Assembly: GCF_001194135.2 (NCBI RefSeq)
Contig: NC_068994.1
Location: 43,390,945-43,454,944, forward strand
Direction: 5' to 3'
Length of the DNA: 64,000 nt
Origin: Octopus bimaculoides
Taxonomy: Eukaryota
Below are positions 1 through 12,995 of the stretch, in pieces. Under the pieces are notes generated by a model. That model did no database searches. It was not told the DNA's origin and saw nothing but the letters and a program-made list of their open reading frames with translations. Position numbers and translations under genes: made by a program. Position 1 is the first letter of the stretch, and each line of letters opens with the position of its first letter.

Positions 1-1126
1 TATATGTGGGGGGGGGGGGTAAATAAAGAGAATTACAATGTCCTATTATATATTATATATACATATATATATATATANNNNNNNNNNNNNNNNNNNNNNN
101 NNNNNNNNNNNNNNNNNNNNNNNNNNNNNNNNNNNNNNNNNNNNNNNNNNNNNNNNNNNNNNNNNNNNNNNNNNNNNNNNNNNNNNNNNNNNNNNNNNNN
201 NNNNNNNNNNNNNNNNNNNNNNNNNNNNNNNNNNNNNNNNNNNNNNNNNNNNNNNNNNNNNNNNNNNNNNNNNNNNNNNNNNNNNNNNNNNNNNNNNNNN
301 NNNNNNNNNNNNNNNNNNNNNNNNNNNNNNNNNNNNNNNNNNNNNNNNNNNNNNNNNNNNNNNNNNNNNNNNNNNNNNNNNNNNNNNNNNNNNNNNNNNN
401 NNNNNNNNNNNNNNNNNNNNNNATATATATATATATATATATAAATCGATATATCGAATTTGAAGTCTCTGTCTCTTTTGAATATGAAAATTTAAAAGTT
501 TAAAAATCTTATGATATATATATATATATATATATAATGTATACGTATTTATGTGTGTGTGTGTGTATATATATTTAGGAAAAGTATGTGTTTATATGTA
601 ATTATACATGCAAATATTGCATACATATCTATATTGATACATATATAGCCATACACTAGTGTTTGCTTAAGCATCTGTATAGGTATATATATGTGTGTGT
701 GTACAACTTTCAGTCTTCTCTCCAACATAGTGTCTTTGTGATCCTTTTGATGTAGTATAAAGCTTTTATCTCTGTTTATATACCAACAAAACTACTTAAT
801 ATCAAATACATGTATGAAAGGCTTTCCGGATGCAGTGTAAAAAAAAGAAAAAATAGGAAAAAGGAGAGAAAAAATTATTAAATAAAGTAAATTTTGTTTT
901 CTGCCACCAAAATATGCTAAATAAAGGAATCCATTGTTCTGTCATTTGTTTCGTCATGGTGAAAGCTTTCAGCGATCATTAATTTTTTTTCCTTTTTCTT
1001 TTTGTTATTTATTTGAGCATTCATTGAAATATCTGTGTCCCGTTTGGTTGCTATTCAAGCATATTGTCAGCAGTTTTGTGTAATAGCAAATTCAGTGTAC
1101 ATCACACTTACATTGAAGTTTTGTAG

Positions 1127-1250
1127 CCTTAATCATCTAAATTATTCAAGGAGACAGCTAGTTGACTTGAATAAAACATGGGAACAGAGAGCTGGAGAGT
1201 TTAAGCACAGCATGCAACTCCAACGTCAATGGGAGATATTAATTACGTGA
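1127..1250 (+). CDS. Candidate host exon, unidentified helical protein (LNHLNYSRRQLVDLNKTWEQRAGEFKHSMQLQRQWEILIT*)
   Basis: Non-repetitive, protein-like frame after ttttgtag. Weak acceptor, no recognised homology and no clear donor before the stop. Confidence 0.2.
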
Positions 1251-2240
1251 ATTGATTGAGGTATTTTTCACATATATGCCATGCAGCTTATATGTAAACG
1301 ATTCAGCAGCCATAACTGTGTCTATCACAATGCTGCTCAGATATGTAACAAAGAAAGCCAATGAAATCTCAATTTATAGCAGAGATTTTCATTTACGAAA
1401 ACCTCTAAAACACCTCCTGCTGAACATTAAATCTGTGAGAAATTATAAATTTCACTGAGACATCTTGGAAACTTTATTGCTGTGTCAGCTCTGATATTGA
1501 ATTTATGACAGAGAAAAGTAATATAATAAATATTATATCTCTTTTGACTCTTTCTTTAGAATTTTGTACTTTACTGTTTCACCAGTAATAATATTTACTC
1601 CTATAAGGTTAAAATTTTATGTTATATATCTGTTCTTTTTATTCTTTATATCACATTTGGTAAACAATAGTATTGTTGATGAAAGGTTTCCAGTGGACCT
1701 TACACTGGTTCATTGCATTTTTAAAAGAAAGAGTAAGAGATTTCTTGTGCAACTTGGGCAGAATAATAACCACACATATCATTTTTATTCAATAGAACTG
1801 TATTTTTTTGTTTGTATTTTTTGTTATCTAAATTACATTACGTCTTTTACAAAAGATATACATGCAAACATTCGGACACAAATGCGCACAGAAGCACATA
1901 CACATATAGACAAATGTACACAGACAAATATACACATACATGATGGGGTTGCACATAGTTTCTGGCAACTAGATTCCACTTCCTAGCAATCAAGGTTATG
2001 GTAGAGATGTACAAAGGTACACTGTAGTTTTTATCTGGCTCAGAGCCAAGTTCTTGCAATATATATATATATATATAATAGATTTCATAAATTTTCTCGG
2101 ATATACATTTTGATGCGCTTTTTTTATGTATATTTGCATATATACGTATATGCACATAAACATATATATATATGTGTAAATATATGTATATTTGTATATG
2201 TACATATATACATATATGCACATATATGTATATATATACA

Positions 2241-2666
<426 letters not shown>

Positions 2667-2692
2667 ACATACATGGCACATAAAAAATAAAA

Positions 2693-2926
2693 AGCACTAT
2701 CTGAATGTGATCGATGCCAGGCCCACCTCACTGACTCTTGTGCCAGTGGCACGTAAAAAGCACCCACTACACTCTCAGAGTGGTTGGCATTAGGAAGGGC
2801 TTCCAGCTGTAGAAATATTGCCAGATCAGATTGAAGCCTGGTGCAGCCGCTGGCTCTCCAGACCTCAGTCAAACCATCCAACCCATGCAAGCATGGAAAA
2901 TAGATGTTAAACGATGATGATGATGA
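2693..2926 (+). mobile_element. RTE-clade LINE 3' end (or RTE-tailed SINE) with (GAT)n tail
   Basis: Contains ggttggcattaggaagggcttccagctgtagaaa...acccatgcaagcatggaaaatagatgttaaacgatgatgatg. Homologous copies at 5915-6530, 8078-8905, 52470-52560 and 61083-61244. Confidence 0.8.
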
Positions 2927-2942
2927 TTTAATTATTTATTTA

Positions 2943-3054
2943 TTTATCACCCAACGAGATACATCTGCATCACCGGATGCTCCTGAACCAGCTATTGAGT
3001 GTCCCACCCAAGATTAATCAATGCTAGATGTGTCGAAACAATTGTCTTGATTAA
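2943..3054 (+). ncRNA. Degenerate type-I hammerhead ribozyme-like motif (family H1, long stem II)
   Basis: Stem I tttatcac/ttgattaa; core CCAACGA (2951-57, vs CUGANGA); stem II gatacatct-gcat (2958-70)/atgctagatgtgtc (3021-34); GAAAC, palindromic loop AATT, GUC triplet (3035-46). 5'-truncated second copy at 7583-7655. Confidence 0.55.
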
Positions 3055-3816
3055 TAAAAAATTCTCGTATATTTCATCTTCCATCTTTCATTTGATATCT
3101 ATATATATGTGTGTGTATATATTTGTATGCATATATGTATAAATCTATATTTATAAGTGTGTATATGAGTGCATCTTTGTGTCTGTATTTGTCCCCCACC
3201 CCTCACACTTGACAACCAGTGCTGGTTTGTTTATGTCTCTGTAACTTAAGCCGGTGTTTGGAGCATAATTTGTCATAAAATTTCAATAGATGCTTGTAAT
3301 TAAGTTAATTTTAAAACAGCAAGTTTGTATCATAGCAACAGAGATAGTCTTAAACATGTTGGTATCAAAAGGATTAGATATATTTAAATGGTTCATGGAA
3401 GTTTATTGATTAGTTTACTAATTAGTTATAACGCTAAGGGATTGGAAACTGCTCAAGAAAGTAGTGACCACCACCAAGAAATTAATACTTGGGATATGTA
3501 TCACTTTAGTCAGTTTCAAGGCAGCATGTACTTTAGGCTAAAGATTATCCTAATTTTTATAGTGTTCAAACAGCTGATAATATTGATAATACAAGACCTC
3601 ACTGTCTCTTCACCACCACCATGCTTTGATGGGACACCACTCTGTTGCAAGAATGACATTCTTTTGTCAGAATTGTACCCATGACCAAAACGATAAGAGG
3701 CCAAACTGTCCTAACTGCCAGACCACATGTCTTTACATATATATATATAAAGGTGCAGGCATGGCTGTGTGGTAAGAAGAATATTGTTTACGAATATTAT
3801 ATATATATATATACAT

Positions 3817-4000
3817 ACAATTAAGGATATGAAGACAGGGAAAGCTCCTGGCACATCAGGAATCAACACTGAGATGCTTAAAATATCTGGCAAGGTGGGT
3901 TATGGTCTAGTCACCCATATTGTAAATCAGTTGGTTCACGAAGGAGTCATACCCAATGACTGGTGTAGCAGCACCATAGTCAATGGCTACAAAAGTAAAA
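3817..4000 (+). mobile_element. RTE LINE ORF fragment (region just N-terminal of the RT core)
   Basis: TIKDMKTGKAPGTSGINTEMLKISGKVGYGLVTHIVNQLVHEGVIPNDWCSSTIVNGYKSK matches the K.GKAPG...EMLK...IP.DW..S.IV..YK motif of non-LTR reverse transcriptases. Confidence 0.9.
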
Positions 4001-4231
4001 ACATACATACATACATACATACATACATACATACATACATACATACCAGCAGAGAACCAGACAGATTTAGGTGATTAATCAGAGGTGAAAAAAGACAGCA
4101 CTTAAAATGGGTGGAGAGAAGGAGCTGTTTTGCAGACCAGAAACCTAGTTCAAATCCTTGCTGTGGACAGGGCCCTCTTAAAGTCACGCAAAGGTAAGGT
4201 CATACTGTAAATAGATAAAGTTTTAAGAAGT

Positions 4232-4430
4232 TTTAACACTTTTGTTGCCATATTCCTCTTGAAATGCACTGCTTTTGTTTCAATTAAATTTTGAAATGAT
4301 AAAGTGCTTATCAAAATAACTTTGTCGTTATTAAGGTAGCGTTTGGAATATGAATTAACATTAAATTTTGACAAAAGATTTTAATTTAGATTAGTTTAAA
4401 TCAAGGAATAGTTATCATTTAACTGAACAC
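4232..4430 (+). mobile_element. Partial TTAA-type MITE family copy
   Basis: Begins tttaacacttttgttgccatatt; similar sequence at 41764-41880 (gtaacccttttgttacc...) and a probable 3' half at 3252-3380. Confidence 0.45.
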
Positions 4431-4916
4431 TACTGGTTTCTTCTATCAAATATGCTCCAAAATTTCAAGAGGATCAGGTGTAGGACATATGTTCAAGAAG
4501 GACCAATGCATATTTGAGAAGTAGCACTAAACACTGGCTTTAGTCTATGGGGTTTTGTGCATACCGGCAAATCATATGTAGCTGTTATGATCATTTGCAT
4601 GTGCATCACATGCATAAAAGGAAACATGCAGACACCCACATGCACTCACGCCTATATACATGTATACACACTTATACACACAAGCACATATACATGCAAA
4701 CATGTTTATAAACACTTGCATACATAAATACATATATACAAATTTTATGCATTTAAACAGACACATATATACCATTTTTATAATGCATATAGATATCTAC
4801 ATACATAGATATGTCTTTTTATAGTTTTTGCTCATTACCTGGCATACACACATATTAACATGTGTGCACACGCATGTATGTATGTCTGTGTGTGTGTGTG
4901 TTTGTGTGTGTGTATG

Positions 4917-4962
<46 letters not shown>

Positions 4963-5775
4963 TTTATATACAAATTATATAATATATGTGCGTGCATGTG
5001 TATGCACATGTAATTATAAATATATATATATATATATATTCATAATTCCATATGTATATATATATATACACATGCACATATCTACTCACATGGACACATA
5101 CTCACACACACATATACATAACACTGAAAACAATATATATAAAATTGCCTGAAAATTTAATCAATGAAAGAAAAAGAAGTTTAGTGCAAAAGTTCTATCA
5201 AGCTTCATGAATTTCAATCTCATTTAGATTTCTGGAAAAGATAACTTAGAATATTTCATTTAAAGAAAGGGTAAGAGATTCCACCAAGATCTTTTAACAA
5301 TGGAAAAGCGATTTCAATGGAGATTGAATATGAGGATAATAGATTGAGGAGGGCTATATTTGGCATCTAATCCAGGCTGCTTCTTCAAAATATGGTAAAT
5401 GGTAAATAATACCAACACATGGTGTCCCGTTTGATTCCTGCAACATTAATTCAGCTTTTTGACTTTTAGTTATTTATATTTAATAAGGTTTTCTCTTTGA
5501 TTTTAAAATTATCATTTTTTTTTTTCATTTATTTATTGCATGTAATAGGTGAGTGAAGTACTTCAAGTAGCTCTTCTGAAGTTTCCATTTGTTACTCTTT
5601 AATATTAACCACATTTGATCTATCATCTATATAATGCAGCTCACATAATCTTCACAGTGGGTAAAGTCATGTCAATTACGGTTGTAAATATTTTCCACAT
5701 TTCCCCAAACATAACTATATCGCTTTTGTCTGCTACATTTATTTCATTTCCTCTCTCAGCTTTCTCCCATCTCTC

Positions 5776-5850
<75 letters not shown>

Positions 5851-5914
5851 TGTGTGTATATCTGTGCTCTCATTATATAATTGTGTGTCATCATCAACAT
5901 CATTAGCATCATCA

Positions 5915-6530
5915 TAACTTAACATCATCAGCATCATCATCCATTTTCTATGCTGGCATGGGTTGGATGGGTTGACAGGAACAGGATCAGGCAAGGCCAA
6001 GGGCTGCACCAGGTTCCTTCGTCAGTTTTGGCTTGGTTTTTCCAGCAAGATGCCCTTTCTAATACCAAACACTCCACAAAGTGTACTGGGTGCTTTTAAC
6101 AAGGCACCTTCACCAGTACTTATTAATTGGCACCAGAACCAGAGCTTTTTACGTGTCACCATCACCCACATGAATGCTATGTATATAAAATCATCTTCAT
6201 CATCATCTTCATCATGCTGGCATGGATTGGGTGATTTGACCAAATCCAGTGAGCCACACAGCCACATCGTGCTTCGTGTCAGATTTTAAATGGTTTCTGC
6301 AGTTGGATGTCCTCCCTTATGTCAGCCACTTTGCAGTATGTTCTGGGTGCTATTTTTCATACTACCATCACTAGTGGGATCGTCAAGTAACTCACAAGAC
6401 AAGAAAAAACAAGAAAAGAGTAAAATGGGAATAGGGAAAAGCCCTCTTGACTAGGTGTGGGTGGGGGAGCACTTAAGAAAGTAGAGAGGCGATTTTATGC
6501 CAGGGACAAGCAGCGGTAGAGGTGTCTTAC
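5915..6530 (-). mobile_element. Two adjacent RTE 3'-end/RTE-tailed SINE copies
   Basis: (CAT)n followed by catgctggcatgg(g/a)ttgg at 5925-5970 and again at 6190-6235; gatgccctttctaatacc and ggatgtcctcccttatgtcagcc are reverse complements of the RTE 3' motif. Confidence 0.7.
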
Positions 6531-6754
6531 TATAGAGAAAATACATGACCACTCAGCATTTCTATATAAATATGTATTGATATAGATAATAAAACAAATA
6601 GTTTATACCTGGTAGTTTGCTGGTAAAGCAGAGTCACTTTCACAGTGTTTGTTATGTATATGGTAAATGAAAGATCGGTCATGGGTGGGATACTTAACAA
6701 CTGGTTCAAGAGCATTCAACAGTACAGATGTGTTGCTTCGGGTGATAAATAGAT

Positions 6755-7155
6755 TGTTGTTCTTGTTGTTGTTGGCGTCCTTTTGTGTCGGGAGACAATG
6801 GAGTTGCACATAAACTTATCCAGTCTGGTTTTTACATTTCATGCCCTCTCCAGTTTTGTGCAGGCCTGGGCTAGATGTAAGAAAATCCTGTGTAGCCCAA
6901 TCACCAGGATTCCTCTCTCGACCTTGCTGATGTAGTCCAAAGGAGTGCAGAGCATTACGTTTGGCACCAGCTTGGTTACAGGAGCTGCCGGAAGAATATA
7001 GAGTCGAACACCAAACCGCCTACAGGGCTCCACTCTGGATTTCTTTGAAGGTTGTCTTCTTTCAGTAACCCTGGATAGGGGGCCCATACCGGGTACTGTC
7101 AGCTGGAGCCAGCTGAGCCCAGGACTCATGTCAGGCAGAGTCATCATTTCCTGAA
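6755..7155 (-). mobile_element. Non-autonomous RTE/BovB-like element with (CAA)n tail
   Basis: Minus strand reads ...atccagagtggagccctgtaggcg...ccggcagctcctgtaaccaagctggtgccaaac...cctttggactacatcagc...gtctcccgacacaaaaggacgccaacaacaac, resembling (from recall, not a search) BovB-like RTE untranslated sequence ending in gga(t/c)gcc(AAC)n. Confidence 0.55.
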
Positions 7156-7653
7156 GTAGAGAAGAAAATCGTTACCCACTACCTAATATCTATTTAGGTA
7201 CTGGGTAGCGAGATAAATAGATATAACTCATTAAAATAACAGTTCCGCAATATATCTTCTCATTTTGTGTAAAGAAAAGCAGCAACTTAAAGGACATATC
7301 TTCATTTATATAGAAGCTCAATAATAAAATAACATGCAAGAAAGAAACAAACATGCAATACAGTGAGAAAAGTATTAGAAATAAACGTTAATGGATAAGG
7401 ATGTATAAACACCCTTGTGCAAGCTGCATGGTACATGTACACTTGCTCATACAAGCATCCAGAAGATGTAAGCACATGCACATGTGTAGTTTTATGCACA
7501 CACATTCACATAGTTCACATAGTGAGTTAAATAGCTACTTGGTGTTTATAAGAATGGAGAGGTTAGAGCTAAACTTAATTCATCAATGCTAGATGTGTCA
7601 AAACAATTGTAGTGATTAATAAAAATTCTCACATTTTCCATCTTCTATCTTTC

Positions 7654-7700
<47 letters not shown>

Positions 7701-7962
7701 TTTAATGAGGCACCATCATCAGTGATTATTAATTGGCACTAGCACCAGAGCTTTTTACATGTCACCATCTCCGACATAAATGCTATATGTTGTTTACGTA
7801 TTCATTCTTTTTTCTCTCGTTTGTTTATGTATTTCATGTTATTTGCACCGTTGGTGACGTCCTGTGCCCATATATGCATATATATATATATGTATGTATA
7901 TGTATGAATATATATTATTTATTACTTATTATGTATATATATATATACATATATACCAAAAC

Positions 7963-8022
<60 letters not shown>

Positions 8023-8077
8023 GGTGTGTAATATTTTAGACTAATGGTTATAAATGAATTGGTGTGCTGATAATTAT

Positions 8078-8905
8078 CATCATCATCATCGTTTAACGTC
8101 TGCTTTCCATGCTAGCGTGGGTTGGACAATTTGACTGAGGACTGGCAAGCCAGAAGGCTGCACCAGGCTCCAATCTGATTTGGCAGAGTTTCTACAGCTG
8201 GATGCCCTTCCTAACGCCAACCACTCCGAGAGTGTAGTGGGTGCATTTACATGCCACCGGCACGAGGGCCAGTCACACGGTACTGGCAACGACCACGTTC
8301 AAAAAGGTGTTTTTTACGTGCCAGCTGCATGGGAGCCAGTCCAGCGGCACTGGCAATGACCTCGCTCAAATGATTTTCTAACGTGCCACCAGCACAAGTG
8401 CTAGAAGGCAACGCTGGTAACGATTATGCTCAAATGGTGCTATTTACGGGCTACTAGCACGGAAGCCAGGCAGCTGCTCTGGCAATGAACACGCTCGGAC
8501 AGTGCTGTTAGTGCTCCACTGGTGCAGGTGCCAGTCATCGAGTATGGTTCAATTACGATTTTGATTTCACTTGCCCCAACAGGTCTTCGCAAGCAGAGTT
8601 TAGTGTCCAATGAAAGAGAGGTTGGCATTGGTGCCAGTCATCAGATTCGGTTCGATTTCGATTTCAGATTTCAAATTTCAAATTCCAAATTCACTTGCCT
8701 CAACAGGTCTTCGCAAGCAGAGTTTTTAGTGTCCACTGAAGTAAAGATACGAATAAGTGAGCTGGCTACACTTCTGGCAGAAGTCACAGATTATGCTCTC
8801 ACTTCCCTTGCCGGGTCTTCTCACGTACTCCATATTTCCAAAGGTCCCGCCTCGGTGAGGCCTAAATTTCAAAGGTCATGCTTCACCACCTCATCCCAAC
8901 ACCTC
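8078..8905 (-). mobile_element. RTE LINE 3' end including ORF C-terminus and 3' UTR
   Basis: Minus strand 8790-8905 reads WDEVVKHDL*NLGLTEA...DLWKYGVREKTRQGK (RTE C-terminus). Long 3' UTR with internal repeats, including a ~50-bp direct repeat at 8561-8612/8688-8742; (GAT)n tail at 8078-8091. Confidence 0.85.
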
Positions 8906-9987
8906 TTCCAACAGTTGAGGAGGAGGAGGAGGAGGAGGAGAAGGAGGAGATATGCATCTGGGACTATGTTGTATGCCTTTGCATTCTTAAAACTGTGAGG
9001 TGCGATTAGAGAAAGATTTGGTTTTCCATTCCAGAATTTCAAGCAACTATGTAGAGGTTGATACCTTTTTTTTAAAAATCTTTTTATTTATTTGGCAGCA
9101 TACCCTATGAGCTTGTGGAATAGACAGTAATTTTTATAAATTTACAAAATGTATACAGTTTAAATCTCACAGAGCTTTACTTTTATTTTTTTTTTTTTTC
9201 ACCTTTTGCAGGTAATAACATAAAGTAGCAGTCAAGTACAAAGAGACAGTCTTTCTAATAATAAAAAAAAAAACACGTTTTAAATGATACAATATAAGTT
9301 GTCACGTTATCCATAACTTTGTTGAAATATATGTCTTGCGTTAGTTTTAGAGTTAAAGACAGAATTATGAATCATCAATACAAACATTTCAGTATGCTTT
9401 CAGTTTTCTTTATCTAAAAAACATCTGATAAATTAGCAAAATTTACAACTCTAACACTTGTTTCAAATCGACTTTGAATCTACATTCTCTTTATTATCTC
9501 TTAAAAATCTACACTGAAACCTGACAGGTTTTTGTGACTTTTGTTTTGTTTAACTTCTATATAGATGTACTGCTGTTACGTATGAAGAAATAGTTCTGTT
9601 CTTAAATCCCAGTAGAAAATAATAAATAATAAATCTAATATGATATTTCCCTCAACATATTTTCTTCTATTCTGTAGCAAACAGATAAGACAGCAAATTA
9701 TGCATCACAAATTGACAAGACAAATTCAATAATCATTTCCTCTTTTGTGAAGAACACAACAGAAATATATAGAAATGAAGTAAAACAAAGATAGCAATAC
9801 AAAATAAAATTTTCCAAAAATTAATTAGTTGCTTAAGTTGTCACTGATATTTAGAACAGTATATAGAGTTTTGTCTATTAGCAAAAGTAGTAGAAATTTT
9901 TGGAATTTTCTATGAAAGAAGAACATTGTATGTGGTGTTTGGTGGAAAGTGCAATCCATGTTTGGTAAAAGCTTCTTGTTATAATTA

Positions 9988-10020
9988 GGCACAGGCATGG
10001 TTGTGGGGTTAACAAGCTCA

Positions 10021-10097
<77 letters not shown>

Positions 10098-10310
10098 GTG
10101 TGTGTGTAAGTGTGTGTTTGTCTTCACCACCTCTTGACAACTGGTTTGCTTGTTTATGTCTCTCTAACTTAGCTGTTCAGCTAAAAAGACCAATGAAATA
10201 AATACCAATTTAAAAAAAAATTGGTACTTATTCAATTGGTTTGAATAAACTCTTCAAGGTGGTGTTCTAGCATGGCCGCAGTCCAGTGACTGAAACAAGT
10301 AAAAGATAAG
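9988..10310 (+). mobile_element. tRNA-derived SINE family A, internally deleted copy
   Basis: Head ggcacaggcatggttgtggggttaacaagc jumps to (TG)n, then the 3' half ending gactgaaacaagtaaaagataaga as in the copy at 28034-28445. Confidence 0.7.
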
Positions 10311-10811
10311 AGATATGTACATACAAGAAAATGAAGAGAATCTTTATATGAAAGAATTATCATTATTACACAACATGGTTATTAATAGCTATTTCTATCC
10401 AGGCAACTGTGCTTCACATTTGCAGATTACACAACAATGCATGATCTGAGCAAACGCTTTTGTCATTGTTCAATCTGCTAGAAATAGAAACTAAATGTCC
10501 TTCAGATCATATCCTATCAGCTGTAAAAGTAGGAACACAACACACTTTTATTTCTAATCTTTTAGTTTGAAGGAATATAAAGGGCCATGACCTTTTGCAA
10601 ACCATTTGTGATATATGGGAGAGGAAGAAAACAAAAGTCTCTTCAAATTTAAGATCTAGCCAGAATTCTTGCAATGGAATAGATATTTATAAAAGTGCTG
10701 TCCATTATTATAGTAATGTTGATATGCACTGCTGTAAATGGGGCCAAGAGACAGGGAATATCTTGAAGATATCTTGAAATGGAATTAGAGGATTATAGTC
10801 TTCTTGCAGTG

Positions 10812-11060
10812 GAGACACGTGGCTTAGTGGTTAGGGTGCTGGACTCACGACCATAAGATGGTGGTTTTGGTTCCTGGACTGGGCGATGTATTGTGTTCTT
10901 GAGCAAAACATTTCATTTCACATTGTTTCAATCCCTTCAGCTCTAGAAATGAGTTTAGCCTGGAGAGGGATGGGCTCCACCAAGCTTTCTCACACCAGAT
11001 ACACTGCATAGCTGCAGCACTCCAATGACCCCACCAAAGGGTTAAGGGACTTGTCACGTG
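10812..11060 (+). mobile_element. tRNA-derived SINE (CORE-like body)
   Basis: A box gtggcttagtggtt, degenerate B box ggttcctgg, then ttgagcaaaacatttcatttcacattg; related to 19755-20075 and 59180-59440. Confidence 0.65.
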
Positions 11061-11113
11061 TCAATATTCTTCTTGCAACAAATTGATGCATGTGTCCCCT
11101 CATTCTACCTATT

Positions 11114-11156
<43 letters not shown>

Positions 11157-11157
11157 A

Positions 11158-11350
11158 GTGGTCTCTATTCCTCAGAGCCAACTGGTTCGCCTCATACTTG
11201 CACTCACAAGCTTTACATATCCCTTTCTGTAGCTACCCATGTTGTGTATCTTTCTATCACAGATTTATCTTCTGCATTAACCATTATGCCCAATTCTTCT
11301 TTGACAGAATAACATCAGTTCTCTAGAATTCACTCTAGGCCCTTGTTTTT
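11158..11350 (-). mobile_element. Highly decayed RTE C-terminal remnant with (TAG)n tail
   Basis: Minus strand ...RYTTWVATERDM*...QLALRNRDH, followed by the (TAC)n/(GTA)n tract at 11110-11157. Confidence 0.35.
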
Positions 11351-11809
11351 CCTGTTGAAGAACATCACCAATTTTGATTTTACTTGTATCAGTTGTGTTG
11401 TTGTGTTCATTTTCATCAAACACTTTGAGGACAAATGCGTGAGAAGTATAGATTTAAAACCCCATCGGTAGATATAGAAGTATTGATGACATCCAAGCTG
11501 CAGTGATCTTTATATAATCTATAAATGATTCTAAATAGCAATTTATGCAATGAAAAATATTTGCCTGCAGCTATGCTTTGATGAAATATTAAAGTGTTCA
11601 GAAAGTAATATGAAAACCTTACAACTATATTGACTTCATCTAAATATGGCAGGCCTAAATGAAAATCACACTATGAAGAAAGCTATTATAAGGTGTTACA
11701 ACAATTGGCCTTAAAACATTCTGAACAAGGAAGACACCACTAAAATATTGCATTCCTTGAGAAATACATAAATGAGAAACTTTCATCTAACCGTTGTTGC
11801 TGCTGCTGC

Positions 11810-11842
<33 letters not shown>

Positions 11843-12501
11843 AATTCCTGTTGTTGCTGTTATTGCTGCATTGCTGTTGTAGTGGTTGTTGTTGAAGTTG
11901 TCCTCGTTGTCATTGTCATTAGCTTTAGGTCAACCTCGATCAAGAAAACTGAAGATCAGAGGTATTTCAGTTGTGTGAGCATCCCACATTTTCAGGCTAT
12001 TTAGGATTAAATACTGCTTTTATTTATTTATTAATTATTTATTTACTAATTTATCTATTTATTTATTCTGAGATAGTAAGATGTGTTTTGAAAGAGATTT
12101 GGTTGCTATTTCAAGCAAGTTGCACAGTTGCCTGAAGATCTTGTTGGAGGCTCATTTCATCCAGTTGCATACAAGAGTTAGATACAAAAGCTATGTAACT
12201 TACTTTAAATCTATTGTTGGAAAGATGGAAATAATCCTCCATGAGTGACATCAACCACAGCCAATGAGATTGAAACTTACCAAATTCACAGATAAAAGGA
12301 AATTTCAGTTCTTTGTCTTTTATTTTGTACTTGTTTTGGTCATTGGACATTTGGTCAAACAGATCAATTCCAGTACTAACATTTTAAAGTATTTTTACAG
12401 GGATATAAACAAATAAACAAACCAACACTGGTTGATGAGTGGTCAGAAGGACAAATGCAAAACACTATCCATACATAAATACATACATGCACATATATAT
12501 G

Positions 12502-12555
<54 letters not shown>

Positions 12556-12587
12556 AATATATATATATGTATGTATATATATATATA

Positions 12588-12628
<41 letters not shown>

Positions 12629-12694
12629 GGGAACCAATATTAAGGAAGGATACAAAAATATTAGGTTTATAAAATACACTCTATAATTGCCCAT

Positions 12695-12782
12695 GAGCAT
12701 ACAGCATAATGATTAAGAGCACGGGCTACTAACCCCAAAATTGTGAGCTCAATTCCAGGCAGTGCCTTGAATAAATGATAAC

Positions 12783-12840
<58 letters not shown>

Positions 12841-12995
12841 TCAGTAAAAAAATTACCTTAGGAAGGAGAACCCAGAGTTGGGTTCAAAATTCTACCAGGA
12901 CACTTGATGGAGGCTAGAGAATAAATCAGCCGAAATGTTGTGGTAACAACAAACAAGATGAGGACACATATCCTTCCAATGTAAATAATATAAAT
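12695..12995 (+). mobile_element. tRNA-headed repeat with (AAT)n spacer and hammerhead-like tail (family H2)
   Basis: tRNA-like head 12695-12767, (AAT)n to 12838, linker taccttagga...ggttcaaaatt, degenerate HHR 12899-12944 (GACAC TTGATGG A GGCTA...CAGCC GAA ATGT T GTGGT), tail aacaacaaacaagatgaggac...aatgtaaataat. Confidence 0.7.

Noticed and set aside
5550-5720. Possible RTE remnant on the minus strand (RVTNGNFRRAT)
   Set aside because: Similarity is too weak and stop-ridden to support.
6936-6965. ctgatgtagtccaaaggagtgc resembling a hammerhead core and stem II
   Set aside because: CUGANGA is broken and there is no GAAA; it lies on the antisense strand of an RTE-like element.
9212-9240. Strong plus-strand acceptor (ttttcaccttttgcag)
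   Set aside because: All frames stop within six codons, and poly-T tracts make such acceptors common by chance here.
12277-12371. Minus-strand exon ending KFPFICEF|gtaagt, reminiscent of a C-type lectin end
   Set aside because: The preceding W-x-D-x-x-C cysteine is missing, the acceptor is weak and no companion lectin exons were found.
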